In this document: piece after piece, positions 9,428 to 18,271 of the stretch | Layout: each line of letters begins with the position of its first letter | How positions within the stretch are numbered: position 1 is the first letter of the stretch | Assembly: GCA_012797775.1 (NCBI GenBank) | Contig: JAAZOM010000023.1 | Span: forward strand, 1 to 60,339 | Reading direction: 5' to 3' | DNA from: Candidatus Kuenenbacteria bacterium | Lineage (GTDB): Bacteria > Patescibacteriota > Patescibacteriia > UBA2196 > GWA2-42-15 | DNA length: 60,339 nucleotides | Made by a program: the position numbers and the translations under genes | The notes under the pieces: model-generated | Databases searched by the model: none | What the model saw: the letters and a program-made list of their open reading frames with translations, nothing else | What the model was told of the DNA's origin: nothing

Positions 9428-10825
9428 TCACTCCTTTTGTTCCGTTATCGGTTCCATAATCATTTCTCTTACTACCCCGCCCCTTGTTTCTCTGACAGTA
9501 ATTTTTAGGGGCTGTTGTGTATTTGCGTTTTTGGATACGATTTCCAACAGCCTCGCCACCATTCCATTCCATTCACCATCCCCATCATCGCTCGGGGGAT
9601 GGTTGTAGACTGGCTTTACCCCTGTTCCGGCTTCAGTGGTGCTATCTTTTGGTAAAATTAGTTCAGCTTTTTCTCCAGTTGCCTTTTCTACCATTTGGGG
9701 GGCGGAAGCGGGCGGCTCGATTTTTGTAGCGTGTATTTCCTGGACATCCGATGTCAACGGACTTTGGGTCACGGACACATCCACTATCGCCGAGGAGGAA
9801 AAGCGATATTGTTTATGGAGCGGATTAAAGCCACTTTCTGACTGAGTTAGCTCCGTCAGCCCTTCAGATTTAACCATTACCGGGCAGAGATCGCGCCTAT
9901 TTTCAGTCGTGCCGCTAATCATAGTTTTTCCCCCTGGGGGAAGGCTGGCGATCTTTGTTTTTGCACCAGCAGAGATATACAGCAGCTTGGTTTGTTGACT
10001 TGGCTGGGGAACTGGCTGCTGGTCTGGCTGTCGAGCCGGCTGGTTTTCGGGGTCCAGACTGAGAATATTCTTGATTTGGAATTTGCATACCCCGGGTTTC
10101 CCCTCGCAAGGCACGAGTTCTCCCCTGACCAAGATCGGTACATAGCCTGGGTAGGGCCGCGTTTCGTGGCCAGTCAGCCATGACCTTCTTTTCCTCCCCC
10201 CTGTTTTTTTTCCTTGGAGACCGAGTTTTGTATTATAACTTATATACAAAACTTTGGTTTCAGCAGGAGTTGGTTCTTTTTTTCCCATTACGATTGCCTC
10301 CCTGTTTGCTTCGCTTATTTCATGCGGCGGGTGTCTTTTATAATCACATACAAGATACCCATCTTCCGTTTCCTCCACCCAGCAATTGCTGGGTATCTCC
10401 ACTGGCATCCGCTCTTTTCCTTGTTCATCCCAGGCAGGAAAGTAGCCATCTTCGGCCAGGAGCAGCTGCCAACTTACTGGGGCATATAGTCGTATATCTC
10501 TGACCAGAATATCACCTATTCTTATCTGAAACATAGGTCCGAGACCGCCCCCGATATTTCCCCTCAGGGAGGTTTTATCTATCTCCTGTCTTCCCGTAAC
10601 GAGAACCAGTATTTGCCCCCGAGAAGACTTTGCCAGATGAGCATAGCGAGTCTGACAAACTATGCGGGGCATGTTTGGAGCCTGATCATCGGCCATAAAA
10701 AGCAGGGCCTCTTCGGCAATCCTATCCCCTTGAAATCTCAGTTTGCTGACTTTTTGTGTCGGAGAAAGATCGTGTCTTCCTGCTCGGGTTCTTTTTTTTT
10801 GCTTCCGAGGCAAAGTCGTCATCAT
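9428..10825 (-). CDS. Hypothetical 465-aa protein (large GC-richer ORFan)
   Basis: Long ORF with visibly higher G+C and a Gln/Pro-rich linker (QPARQPDQQPVPQPSQQ). No recognised motif. The start region has an A9 tract and an overlapping alternative ORF. Confidence 0.6.
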   Translation of the reverse strand: MMTTLPRKQKKRTRAGRHDLSPTQKVSKLRFQGDRIAEEALLFMADDQAPNMPRIVCQTRYAHLAKSSRGQILVLVTGRQEIDKTSLRGNIGGGLGPMFQIRIGDILVRDIRLYAPVSWQLLLAEDGYFPAWDEQGKERMPVEIPSNCWVEETEDGYLVCDYKRHPPHEISEANREAIVMGKKEPTPAETKVLYISYNTKLGLQGKKTGGRKRRSWLTGHETRPYPGYVPILVRGELVPCEGKPGVCKFQIKNILSLDPENQPARQPDQQPVPQPSQQTKLLYISAGAKTKIASLPPGGKTMISGTTENRRDLCPVMVKSEGLTELTQSESGFNPLHKQYRFSSSAIVDVSVTQSPLTSDVQEIHATKIEPPASAPQMVEKATGEKAELILPKDSTTEAGTGVKPVYNHPPSDDGDGEWNGMVARLLEIVSKNANTQQPLKITVRETRGGVVREMIMEPITEQKE

Positions 10826-10894
10826 CTACCATACTTCCGACGTCGTATTCTTCATCCGGAATTATGTTCATTGGTCACATCCTTTCGTGAGTTA

Positions 10895-11356
10895 TCATCC
10901 TCCTTCGACATCCAAGATGCAGACCCGGTCTTCTTTGGCTTTTTTGGCCCACAACAAAGATCCTATATAGCGGCCAGCCAATAAATATCCTAGCCACATC
11001 AGGTTGGCCAGAACAATTGTAGCGACAAGGGAAGAAAACCATTTTCTAAAATGTGGATCTTCCCAGAGTCCGGGAATAAAACTCAGGACAAAGGTTACCG
11101 CCGAACAGACGAGGGCGGTCAAAAAACCTTCATAGAAAAGGTCGAATTTTTTCCCGTCCTTGTGGCGGTTTAGGGACATTACCTTCGGCCAGCCCTGATA
11201 GAAGAAGACTACGGATGCAAGACCGACCCAAGCCGCAATCCAACATGGCATCGGGGTTGTTACCTTACTCACTAGCCACTGTACCAGGTGGCACAGGCCA
11301 CCGATTGTGACCAGAAGCAGGGTCTTTGTAAACAGCCAACTGATTATTTTTTTCAT
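10895..11356 (-). CDS. Hypothetical membrane protein (153 aa, about 4 TM), co-oriented with the 465-aa ORFan
   Basis: GGAGG lies 4 nt upstream of the ATG. Four hydrophobic helices, GC-richer. Confidence 0.6.
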   Translation of the reverse strand: MKKIISWLFTKTLLLVTIGGLCHLVQWLVSKVTTPMPCWIAAWVGLASVVFFYQGWPKVMSLNRHKDGKKFDLFYEGFLTALVCSAVTFVLSFIPGLWEDPHFRKWFSSLVATIVLANLMWLGYLLAGRYIGSLLWAKKAKEDRVCILDVEGG

Positions 11357-11501
11357 AAGGCCTCCAATCCTTTTTCCTTGTTAATATTTTTGTTTTTTAG
11401 ACTTGCTTCTTTGCCTTTATCTAATCAATTCCCCGCTACTTTGTCAAAGATTTCCACCCAATAAAAAACAAGGGCCAGATAGACCCTTGCCAGACGGAAA
11501 A

Positions 11502-12974
11502 TTATTTCTTTTTCACCACGCTTTTACCATCCGCATCTTCCACCACAAAGCCCAATCCATCAATTTTTTTTCGTAGCTCATCTGCTTTTGTCCAGTCTTT
11601 ATTTTTTCTGGCCTTATCCCTTTCCGCCACCAAGCTTTGCACTTCTTCTGGCACGGTGATTTTTTCTTTTTTTATTTTATCCAATCTTAATCCCAATACC
11701 TTGTCAAAATCCAAGATCAATTTCTTTTTATCAGGGTAGGGGAGTGAATCGTCTTTCATAATTTCCCAAACTACTGACAAAGCCGCTGGAATATTAAAAT
11801 CATCCGAAATATAAGTGATAAATTGTTGTCTATATTTTTGGATTTGTGATTTGTGATTTATTTTGTCTGCCTGCCGGTGGGGCAGGGATTTTGGATTTGG
11901 AGCTTGTGATTTACCCTTTTCGCCAGCGGCCATAAAATCTTTTAATTTCTGGTATGCCACCTTACTGGCCTCAAGTCCTTCCCAGGTAAAGTTTTGTTTA
12001 CTCCGATAATGCGCCTGCAAAAAGAAATAACGCAACGCCATCGGCTCAAAGCCCCTTTCTTTCACTTCACTCAAGGCATAGCCAGTGCCTTCGGATTTCG
12101 CCATTTTTTTATTATTCACCATTAGGTGTTCGTTGTGCAGCCAGTAATTAACAAATTTTACCCCATTAGCCGCTTCACTCTGAGCTATTTCATTGGTGTG
12201 GTGCACAGGGATATGTTCCACTCCACCCATATGAATATCAATCGTTTCTCCCAAGAATTTTTTGCACATGACCGAACATTCAATGTGCCAGCCCGGGAAA
12301 CCCTCACCTTTTTTTACCAGTTTTGACTTGAATGGGGATTTCCAATATTGCAAGGCGTTTTGGTGCTTGCCAGCACGGAAAAACCATAAGGCAAAATCAG
12401 CGGCATTCTTTTTGCCCGGATCGCTCACTTCCCCCTTGCCGGCATCTTTGATATTTTCTTCCATTTTTTGGCCAGATAGCTGAGTATATTTTTTTGCTTT
12501 ACTGATATCAAAATAAACCGCCAGATCGGTTTCATAAGCATAGCCATTTTTTAGGAGGGTTTTTACCATTTGGACCACCTCTGGGACAACACTTGTCGCT
12601 CTGGGCTTATAGTTCGCCGGCCGGGTATTTAGTTCTTTTATGTCTTGCTCAAAAATTTCAATATATTTTTTGGCAATTTTGTCTGGCTCCAAATTATCGC
12701 GTCGAGACGCCTTTTCCATTTTGTCTTCCCCTTCGTCCGCGTCAGAAGTTAAATGGCCAACATCAGTATAGTTGCGTGTTAGCTTCACCTTATACCCCAG
12801 ATATTCCAAGCCCCTAACTATCAAATCCGCCGTTACCATGCCGCGCATATTGCCAATGTGCTGGGTCCAATAGACTGTCGGCCCGCAATGATACATCAAA
12901 ACCCGCCCTTTTTTGAGTGGCTGGAATTTCTGTTTTTCCCGGCCAAGTGTATTGTAGATGTTGACATTTCGCAT
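11502..12974 (-). CDS. cysS: Cysteine--tRNA ligase
   Basis: CGPTVY, an HIGN (HIGH-type) motif, KMAKS (KMSKS-type) and the DDFNIP anticodon-domain motif. Confidence 0.9.
   Translation of the reverse strand: MRNVNIYNTLGREKQKFQPLKKGRVLMYHCGPTVYWTQHIGNMRGMVTADLIVRGLEYLGYKVKLTRNYTDVGHLTSDADEGEDKMEKASRRDNLEPDKIAKKYIEIFEQDIKELNTRPANYKPRATSVVPEVVQMVKTLLKNGYAYETDLAVYFDISKAKKYTQLSGQKMEENIKDAGKGEVSDPGKKNAADFALWFFRAGKHQNALQYWKSPFKSKLVKKGEGFPGWHIECSVMCKKFLGETIDIHMGGVEHIPVHHTNEIAQSEAANGVKFVNYWLHNEHLMVNNKKMAKSEGTGYALSEVKERGFEPMALRYFFLQAHYRSKQNFTWEGLEASKVAYQKLKDFMAAGEKGKSQAPNPKSLPHRQADKINHKSQIQKYRQQFITYISDDFNIPAALSVVWEIMKDDSLPYPDKKKLILDFDKVLGLRLDKIKKEKITVPEEVQSLVAERDKARKNKDWTKADELRKKIDGLGFVVEDADGKSVVKKK
11841..11914. 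repeat. Heptamer arrays flanking a GC hairpin, embedded in frame in cysS
   Basis: GATTTGT GATTTGT GATTTAT TTTGTCT G CCTGCC-GGTGG-GGCAGG GATTTTG GATTTGG AGCTTGT GATTTAC. It shares exact 12-, 11- and 9-mers with the 40966-41156 spacer. Confidence 0.6.
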
Positions 12975-13053
12975 ATTTGTTATAAGGTAATCTTATCTTA
13001 AAAAAGCCAATAAGGCAACCAGGATCATCATATCTTATAGGAGGGGAAAAAAG

Positions 13054-13320
13054 ATGTACAAAAAAATAAGAGTATTAGAAAAGGAGGGGAAGGAGGCTGT
13101 TCTCTCCGCCCTAAATCATTTCTTAAAAGACCAGAGCAGAAACAATATTTTTGTTAAAGAGATTATAGAAAGGATGTCCAAAGGACAAGGTATCTATGCC
13201 ACAGAGCATGAGGTTTTGGTTGTTTTAAAAAATAGTGGTTTCGAAGTCTATTACCGCGGTACGTTATTAGGGCCGTATGTTTTAGCTACAGAGGCCCGAG
13301 AGAAGCTCTCTCAAAAATGA
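13054..13320 (+). CDS. Hypothetical 88-aa protein
   Basis: AGGAGGGG lies upstream of the ATG and the gene has its own terminator. No motif recognised. Confidence 0.5.
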   Translation: MYKKIRVLEKEGKEAVLSALNHFLKDQSRNNIFVKEIIERMSKGQGIYATEHEVLVVLKNSGFEVYYRGTLLGPYVLATEAREKLSQK

Positions 13321-13337
13321 AATGCCAGAGCAGGCTT

Positions 13338-13376
13338 AACCGCGGTGGATCTATTCCTCCCGCGGTTATTATTTTA
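13338..13376 (+). terminator. Hairpin terminator
   Basis: AACCGCGG...CCGCGGTT (8-bp stem, 14-nt loop) followed by ATTATTTT. Confidence 0.55.
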
Positions 13377-13419
13377 TCAACAAAAAACCGTCCTATCAGC
13401 GGCCTTAATTGAAAAATTT

Positions 13420-13451
13420 ATTGGAAATTGGAAATTAGAAATTGGGAATTG
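13420..13451. repeat. Heptanucleotide tandem array
   Basis: ATTGGAA ATTGGAA ATTAGAA ATTGGGA ATTG, located just downstream of the corA stop. Confidence 0.6.
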
Positions 13452-13454
13452 TAT

Positions 13455-14384
13455 TTATATCCATCTCCTTCTTTTGAAATACAAAAGCATCATACACAGC
13501 CCGAAAAGCATCAGTCCAACAATATACCAAAAACCATGTTCACTTTCCACGAAAGGCATTGATTCTACAGTATTCATCCCAAAAACCGCGGCCAAAAGAG
13601 TCAGTGGGAAAACGATGACCGAAAATATTGTTAGGGTTTTCATTATCTCGTTTATTTTTAGGTTGGTCATCGAAGTTTGCGTTTCGTGTAGGGCATTGAT
13701 GGTATCTTTGTAATTTACTAGGGTGTTCCAAATATCTTTTGTATGGTTGACCAAAAAAATAAACTCCTTGCGCAATCCCTCTGGGCAATTAAAATTAATC
13801 ATACTTTCTACAAATCTCTGCAGTATGCCATAGTGTGACTGCAGGGTCTTTTGGAAATTGACGATATTTCTTTTAATCAGAAGCACATTGCGAATAGTTT
13901 CTTCTTCCGCTTTGCTCAAGATCTGTTTTTCCACATTATCAATATCCAGATTGATATGGTTGATAATCGGATAGCAATAATTATATAGCTTGCTTAGTAT
14001 CTTGAAAAAGATAGTCAGGGCATCGTCTTTTTCTATGGTCGATCTGGTCAAGGGATCAGTTTGACAGAGGTTGAAAAAGTCCACCAAGGGTTTTAGTCGC
14101 CCGTCGTGGCAGACTATTAGTTGTTTTTTGCTGACAAAGATATCCAACTCCGACGGCTCGATTGTCCCCACCTCACGATTGTAAACCGGGAACTGCAGGA
14201 CGATGAAGATGTATTTCTGGCGGTCATTGATTTTCTGCCGCTGCAGAAGTGGAGCGCACTCAGCTATATCAGACGGATCAAATCCAAACTCTTGCCGAAG
14301 ATATTTCAGATTGTCTTGGTCCGGGTTGGTGATATCTAGCCACAAAGCATGCCTTGTTTTTAATTCTTTTATTTTTGAGAGCAT
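13455..14384 (-). CDS. corA: CorA-type Mg2+/Co2+ channel
   Basis: Two C-terminal TM helices with a GMN motif (AAVFGMNTV). Length and architecture are typical of CorA. Confidence 0.85.
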   Translation of the reverse strand: MLSKIKELKTRHALWLDITNPDQDNLKYLRQEFGFDPSDIAECAPLLQRQKINDRQKYIFIVLQFPVYNREVGTIEPSELDIFVSKKQLIVCHDGRLKPLVDFFNLCQTDPLTRSTIEKDDALTIFFKILSKLYNYCYPIINHINLDIDNVEKQILSKAEEETIRNVLLIKRNIVNFQKTLQSHYGILQRFVESMINFNCPEGLRKEFIFLVNHTKDIWNTLVNYKDTINALHETQTSMTNLKINEIMKTLTIFSVIVFPLTLLAAVFGMNTVESMPFVESEHGFWYIVGLMLFGLCMMLLYFKRRRWI

Positions 14385-14481
14385 AGTATTTATATTATAA
14401 CATAAAATTGATAGACTGGTATAGTTTTTATAAATTAAATATGCTAAAATTAATTTAAAGAGCTTAATTTATAAACAGCTT

Positions 14482-15021
14482 ATGGCTTTGGCAAATAAAA
14501 TTTTTAAAAACAAACCAGAAAAAATAAATTCTGAAGCCTCAGACAAAGAATCAAAGACAGAGATTGATAGTTTGGATTTATCTACAAATGTGCAAAAACA
14601 GGAACTTGAACCAGCGTTTGAAGCTAAGAAAGATTATCAACCAGAAAGATCAGCCTCTGTCGAAAGGGACGTGCCGGGCTTAGCTCCCGCGGCCAACCAA
14701 TCTGCGCCCACCCCGGTAGCTACTACTCAAAAATCTATTGCCCTTCAGAAAATAGAAAATATATTAGAAGAAGACATGGAGGATATTTATTTCCATCTCG
14801 ATTCCGCCCATCAAAAGCTTTTCAAGGAAGAAGGGGAGCGCGCCGCCAGGCAAATAGAGGGGATTTTGGAAACCGGCAAATCAGTCGCCGTCAAAATTTT
14901 AACCGTTATCAAAAAATGGCTACAGTCTATCCCCGGCATTAATAAGTTTTTTCTCGAACAGGAGGCCAAGATAAAAACCGACAAAATCTCCAAAATTAAC
15001 AATTCAGAGTCCCCAAAATAA
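14482..15021 (+). CDS. Hypothetical 179-aa protein (disordered N-terminus, helical C-terminus), upstream partner of the TraD-like ATPase
   Basis: The stop lies 6 nt before the next start. There is no TM segment and no motif recognised. Confidence 0.55.
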   Translation: MALANKIFKNKPEKINSEASDKESKTEIDSLDLSTNVQKQELEPAFEAKKDYQPERSASVERDVPGLAPAANQSAPTPVATTQKSIALQKIENILEEDMEDIYFHLDSAHQKLFKEEGERAARQIEGILETGKSVAVKILTVIKKWLQSIPGINKFFLEQEAKIKTDKISKINNSESPK

Positions 15022-15027
15022 TTTATT

Positions 15028-17592
15028 ATGGGCTTTGATAATATCGCCCCCACTATATTAAAAGTCCTCCTCGTCCCCGGCATTGTTGTTTTAGTTTTGC
15101 TGTCGGGCCTTTTCTTGATCCGCAAAATTCTTCGTGCCGGCGTTAGTTTGCCTCACGCTTTTTCCAAGGTAATTTTACGGGTTGGCCTGCCAAAAGAAAT
15201 AAATATCGAAGATGCCAGAAAAGACATCACCCGCGAGCAGGTAATTGAAAAAATATCTCAAGCTGAAGAGTTGTTTGCCTCCATCGGCGGGCTACACGTC
15301 AGCCATGGCCTGAATAATTTTCTTTTTGGCCGACACGATCATCTTTCTTTTGAGATAGTCGCCCTCGATGGCAAGATAAACTTTTTTGTGGCCACTCCGA
15401 ATTACCTCCGCCGCTATATTGAACAACAGATTCACGCCCAATATCCACACGCCCAGATTGAAGAGGTCGAGGACTACAATATTTTTCGCCCCCAGGGTAC
15501 CGTCGCCGGAGCACACCTGCAGTTCGGCCGTTCTTATATTTTTCCTCTCAAAACTTTCCGCAAGATGGACTCTGACCCGCTCGATGCCGTCACCAACTCA
15601 TTGAGCAAACTCAGTGATTTTGATGGCGCGTCTATCCAGATAATAGTTCGTTCAGCTTCAAAGGGTTGGCGGTCATCGAGCCTCTCGGTGGTCAAGGAAA
15701 TGCAAAAAGGGAAAACCATAAACCAAGCCCTTAGTGCAGCCGGTGCCGTTTCTGGGCTTGGCCGTTTTGGCGCTGCCACCTGGGGTATTTTAAAAGAATT
15801 TACTGTCGCAGGCACCTCGGGCAAAACTCAAGAACAAAAACAAAAAGAGCAGGAAGCTAAAGGCTATATTACCCCCCACAAGCTTTCCGCCATGGAAGAA
15901 GAGACCGCCAAAGGCATTGAAGAAAAAGCATCCAAGGCAGGTTTGGATATAAATATCCGCATAATCACCTCAGCCACTGATCACGCAACCGCCGCCTCTC
16001 TTTTGGACAGCATTTTAAATTCTTTTTCCCAGTTCAATGTCTATGAATACGGCAATAAATTTATTATCAAAAAACACACCAAGATTGACAATTTGGTTAG
16101 GGACTTTATTTATCGCAACTTTGAGCCCAAACACAAATTGATTGTCAATGCTGAAGAGTTGGCTTCTATTTTTCACTTTCCTCTGCCCACCTGTGAGACG
16201 CCGAACATCAACTGGCTTCACAGCCGCAAAGCTGCTCCGCCGGTAGAAATGCCGAGGGATGGTTTGATTCTTGGTAAAAATATTTATCGTGGTGAGGAAA
16301 AAGTCGTCCGCATCAAAGACGCTGATCGTCGCCGCCACGTCTATATTATTGGTATGACTGGCGTGGGTAAATCAGTGCTCATGGAAAATATGATCAAGCA
16401 GGATATTGAAAGCGGCAAGGGCGTCTGTGTTATAGACCCGCATGGCGGCCTGGCCGAGAAAGCTCTAGAGTTTGTGCCGCCAGAGCGAGTTGAAGACGTT
16501 ATTTATTTCAACCCGGCTGACATTGAAAGGCCAGTTGGTCTGAATATGCTCGAGGCCGACACTGTCGAAGAAATGGATTTTGTCACGCAGGAGATGGTCC
16601 AGATTTTCTATAAATTAGTCACTGACCCGGCCATGATCGGTCCGATGTTCGAGCACAATATGCGCAATGCCATGTTCACCCTCATGGCCGACAAGGAAAA
16701 CCCCGGTACTATGGCCGAGATCCCGCGCATCTTTACTGATGAAGCTTTCCAGCGCTACAAACTGCAGTTTGTGACTGACCCGATGGTCAGAGCTTTTTGG
16801 GAAAAAGAAATGGCCAAGACTTCTGATTTTCACAAATCAGAGATGCTCGGTTATTTAATCTCCAAAGTCGGTCGTTTCGTGGAAAACGAGATGATCCGCA
16901 ATATTATTGGCCAGCCCAAGTCCGGTTTTGATTTCAAGGATGTCATGAATAAAAGTAAGATTCTCATTATCAATCTCTCCAAAGGTCAAGTCGGTGAAGT
17001 CAACAGTAATTTGCTCGGCCTGATTGCTGTTTCTAAGCTCCAGATGGCGGCCTTTTCTCGGGCCAACCTGCCAGAAAGCGAGAGAAAAGATTTTTACCTA
17101 TATATTGATGAGTTTCAAAATTATGTGACCGATTCTATTGCCACTATTTTGGCTGAAGCCAGGAAATATAAACTAAACCTTATTATGGCACATCAGTATA
17201 TTGGCCAGTTGGTCAATAATCAGGACACGCGTATCCGCGATGCCGTTTTTGGCAATGCCGGCACCATTATCTCTTTCCGGGTTGGCGTCGAGGATGCTGA
17301 GACTATGGCCAAGCAGTTTGCCCCAGTTTTTGGCGAGTATGATGTGATGAATATCGAAAAATACAATGCCTATATCCGGCTTCTGATCGACAATACCGCT
17401 TCCCGTGCTTTCAATATGGCCTGTTATCCGCCAGCAGAAGGGGATTTAGCCCTAGCTGGCAAAATAAAAGAACTCTCCCGCCTCAAATATGGCCGCGAAC
17501 GCTCGGTTGTTTCCTCCGAGATCATGGAGCACTCTCGTCTGGGTGAAGCCAGTCGCGAAGCCAGGCCACAACTGTCAGAAAGCAGTTTATAA
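15028..17592 (+). CDS. Membrane-anchored TraD/TraG/VirD4-like (FtsK/HerA-type) P-loop ATPase
   Basis: N-terminal TM helix, Walker A GMTGVGKS, Walker B-like LYIDEFQNY, and ARKYKLNLIMAHQYIGQL typical of coupling-protein ATPases. Confidence 0.7.
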   Translation: MGFDNIAPTILKVLLVPGIVVLVLLSGLFLIRKILRAGVSLPHAFSKVILRVGLPKEINIEDARKDITREQVIEKISQAEELFASIGGLHVSHGLNNFLFGRHDHLSFEIVALDGKINFFVATPNYLRRYIEQQIHAQYPHAQIEEVEDYNIFRPQGTVAGAHLQFGRSYIFPLKTFRKMDSDPLDAVTNSLSKLSDFDGASIQIIVRSASKGWRSSSLSVVKEMQKGKTINQALSAAGAVSGLGRFGAATWGILKEFTVAGTSGKTQEQKQKEQEAKGYITPHKLSAMEEETAKGIEEKASKAGLDINIRIITSATDHATAASLLDSILNSFSQFNVYEYGNKFIIKKHTKIDNLVRDFIYRNFEPKHKLIVNAEELASIFHFPLPTCETPNINWLHSRKAAPPVEMPRDGLILGKNIYRGEEKVVRIKDADRRRHVYIIGMTGVGKSVLMENMIKQDIESGKGVCVIDPHGGLAEKALEFVPPERVEDVIYFNPADIERPVGLNMLEADTVEEMDFVTQEMVQIFYKLVTDPAMIGPMFEHNMRNAMFTLMADKENPGTMAEIPRIFTDEAFQRYKLQFVTDPMVRAFWEKEMAKTSDFHKSEMLGYLISKVGRFVENEMIRNIIGQPKSGFDFKDVMNKSKILIINLSKGQVGEVNSNLLGLIAVSKLQMAAFSRANLPESERKDFYLYIDEFQNYVTDSIATILAEARKYKLNLIMAHQYIGQLVNNQDTRIRDAVFGNAGTIISFRVGVEDAETMAKQFAPVFGEYDVMNIEKYNAYIRLLIDNTASRAFNMACYPPAEGDLALAGKIKELSRLKYGRERSVVSSEIMEHSRLGEASREARPQLSESSL

Positions 17593-17614
17593 TATTCAAA
17601 AGACAAATTAAAAA

Positions 17615-17640
17615 CTGCCCATTTTACTGGGCAGTTTTAT
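17615..17640. terminator. Bidirectional terminator
   Basis: CTGCCCA-TTTTAC-TGGGCAG flanked by A- and T-runs, between convergent genes. Confidence 0.7.
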
Positions 17641-17649
17641 TGTTCATAA

Positions 17650-17922
17650 CTATTTTACATTAGCAAATTTTGTGGCCTTGAGTTGGCCATTAAATTTCAT
17701 TACTTTTCTGGTTATAAATTCTACTTTACCTTCTTTGACCGCGTATATTGTGTCATCGCCACCCTTTCTGGTGTTGAGCCCCGGATGTATTTTTGCCCCT
17801 CTTTGACGGACCAAAATATCGCCGGATTTTACTTTCTCACCAGCCGTAGCTTTGACGCCGAGTCTCTTTGATACGGAATCTCGTCCCAATTTTGTTGAGC
17901 CGCCTGCTTTTCGATGTGCCAT
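17650..17922 (-). CDS. rpmA: Ribosomal protein bL27
   Basis: [26 protein letters not shown] signature. Confidence 0.92.
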   Translation of the reverse strand: MAHRKAGGSTKLGRDSVSKRLGVKATAGEKVKSGDILVRQRGAKIHPGLNTRKGGDDTIYAVKEGKVEFITRKVMKFNGQLKATKFANVK

Positions 17923-17989
17923 ATAGGTATTTAATGGTTATTATTTATTAAGAAATAGTATATCAAATATTCTGTCCCTGTCAAATTTC

Positions 17990-18265
17990 CTAAAAAGGAT
18001 TATTCTTTATATCTGTCATTTCTAGGGCTTGTTTCTTTGCTTCATCGGCATTTTTTATTTTTTCCCAAAGTTTCATATCCACAACTTTTACTGCCACTTG
18101 CCCTTTTATTCTTGATAAAACATTGATATCACCAAGACACTGGTATAGGTTGTTATACAAGAAAAAAATACAGACCAAGATTGCGATAATAACAATAAAA
18201 GTCGTTGTCCACTCCAATCGGGAGATGATTGCCGTTGTTATTTTATGGGTATTTTTTTTATCCAT
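17990..18265 (-). CDS. Small single-pass membrane protein, last gene of the pilus-assembly operon
   Basis: One TM helix. It lies 6 nt downstream of the PilO-like gene. Confidence 0.5.
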   Translation of the reverse strand: MDKKNTHKITTAIISRLEWTTTFIVIIAILVCIFFLYNNLYQCLGDINVLSRIKGQVAVKVVDMKLWEKIKNADEAKKQALEMTDIKNNPF

Positions 18266-18271
18266 ATATAT

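Noticed and set aside
9282-10984. Many 60-120-aa ORFs on both strands across 9282-10984
   Set aside because: The GC-richer composition removes stop codons in all frames. All of these ORFs are nested in or antisense to the 465-aa ORF, which is the only one with a long uninterrupted frame and start signals.
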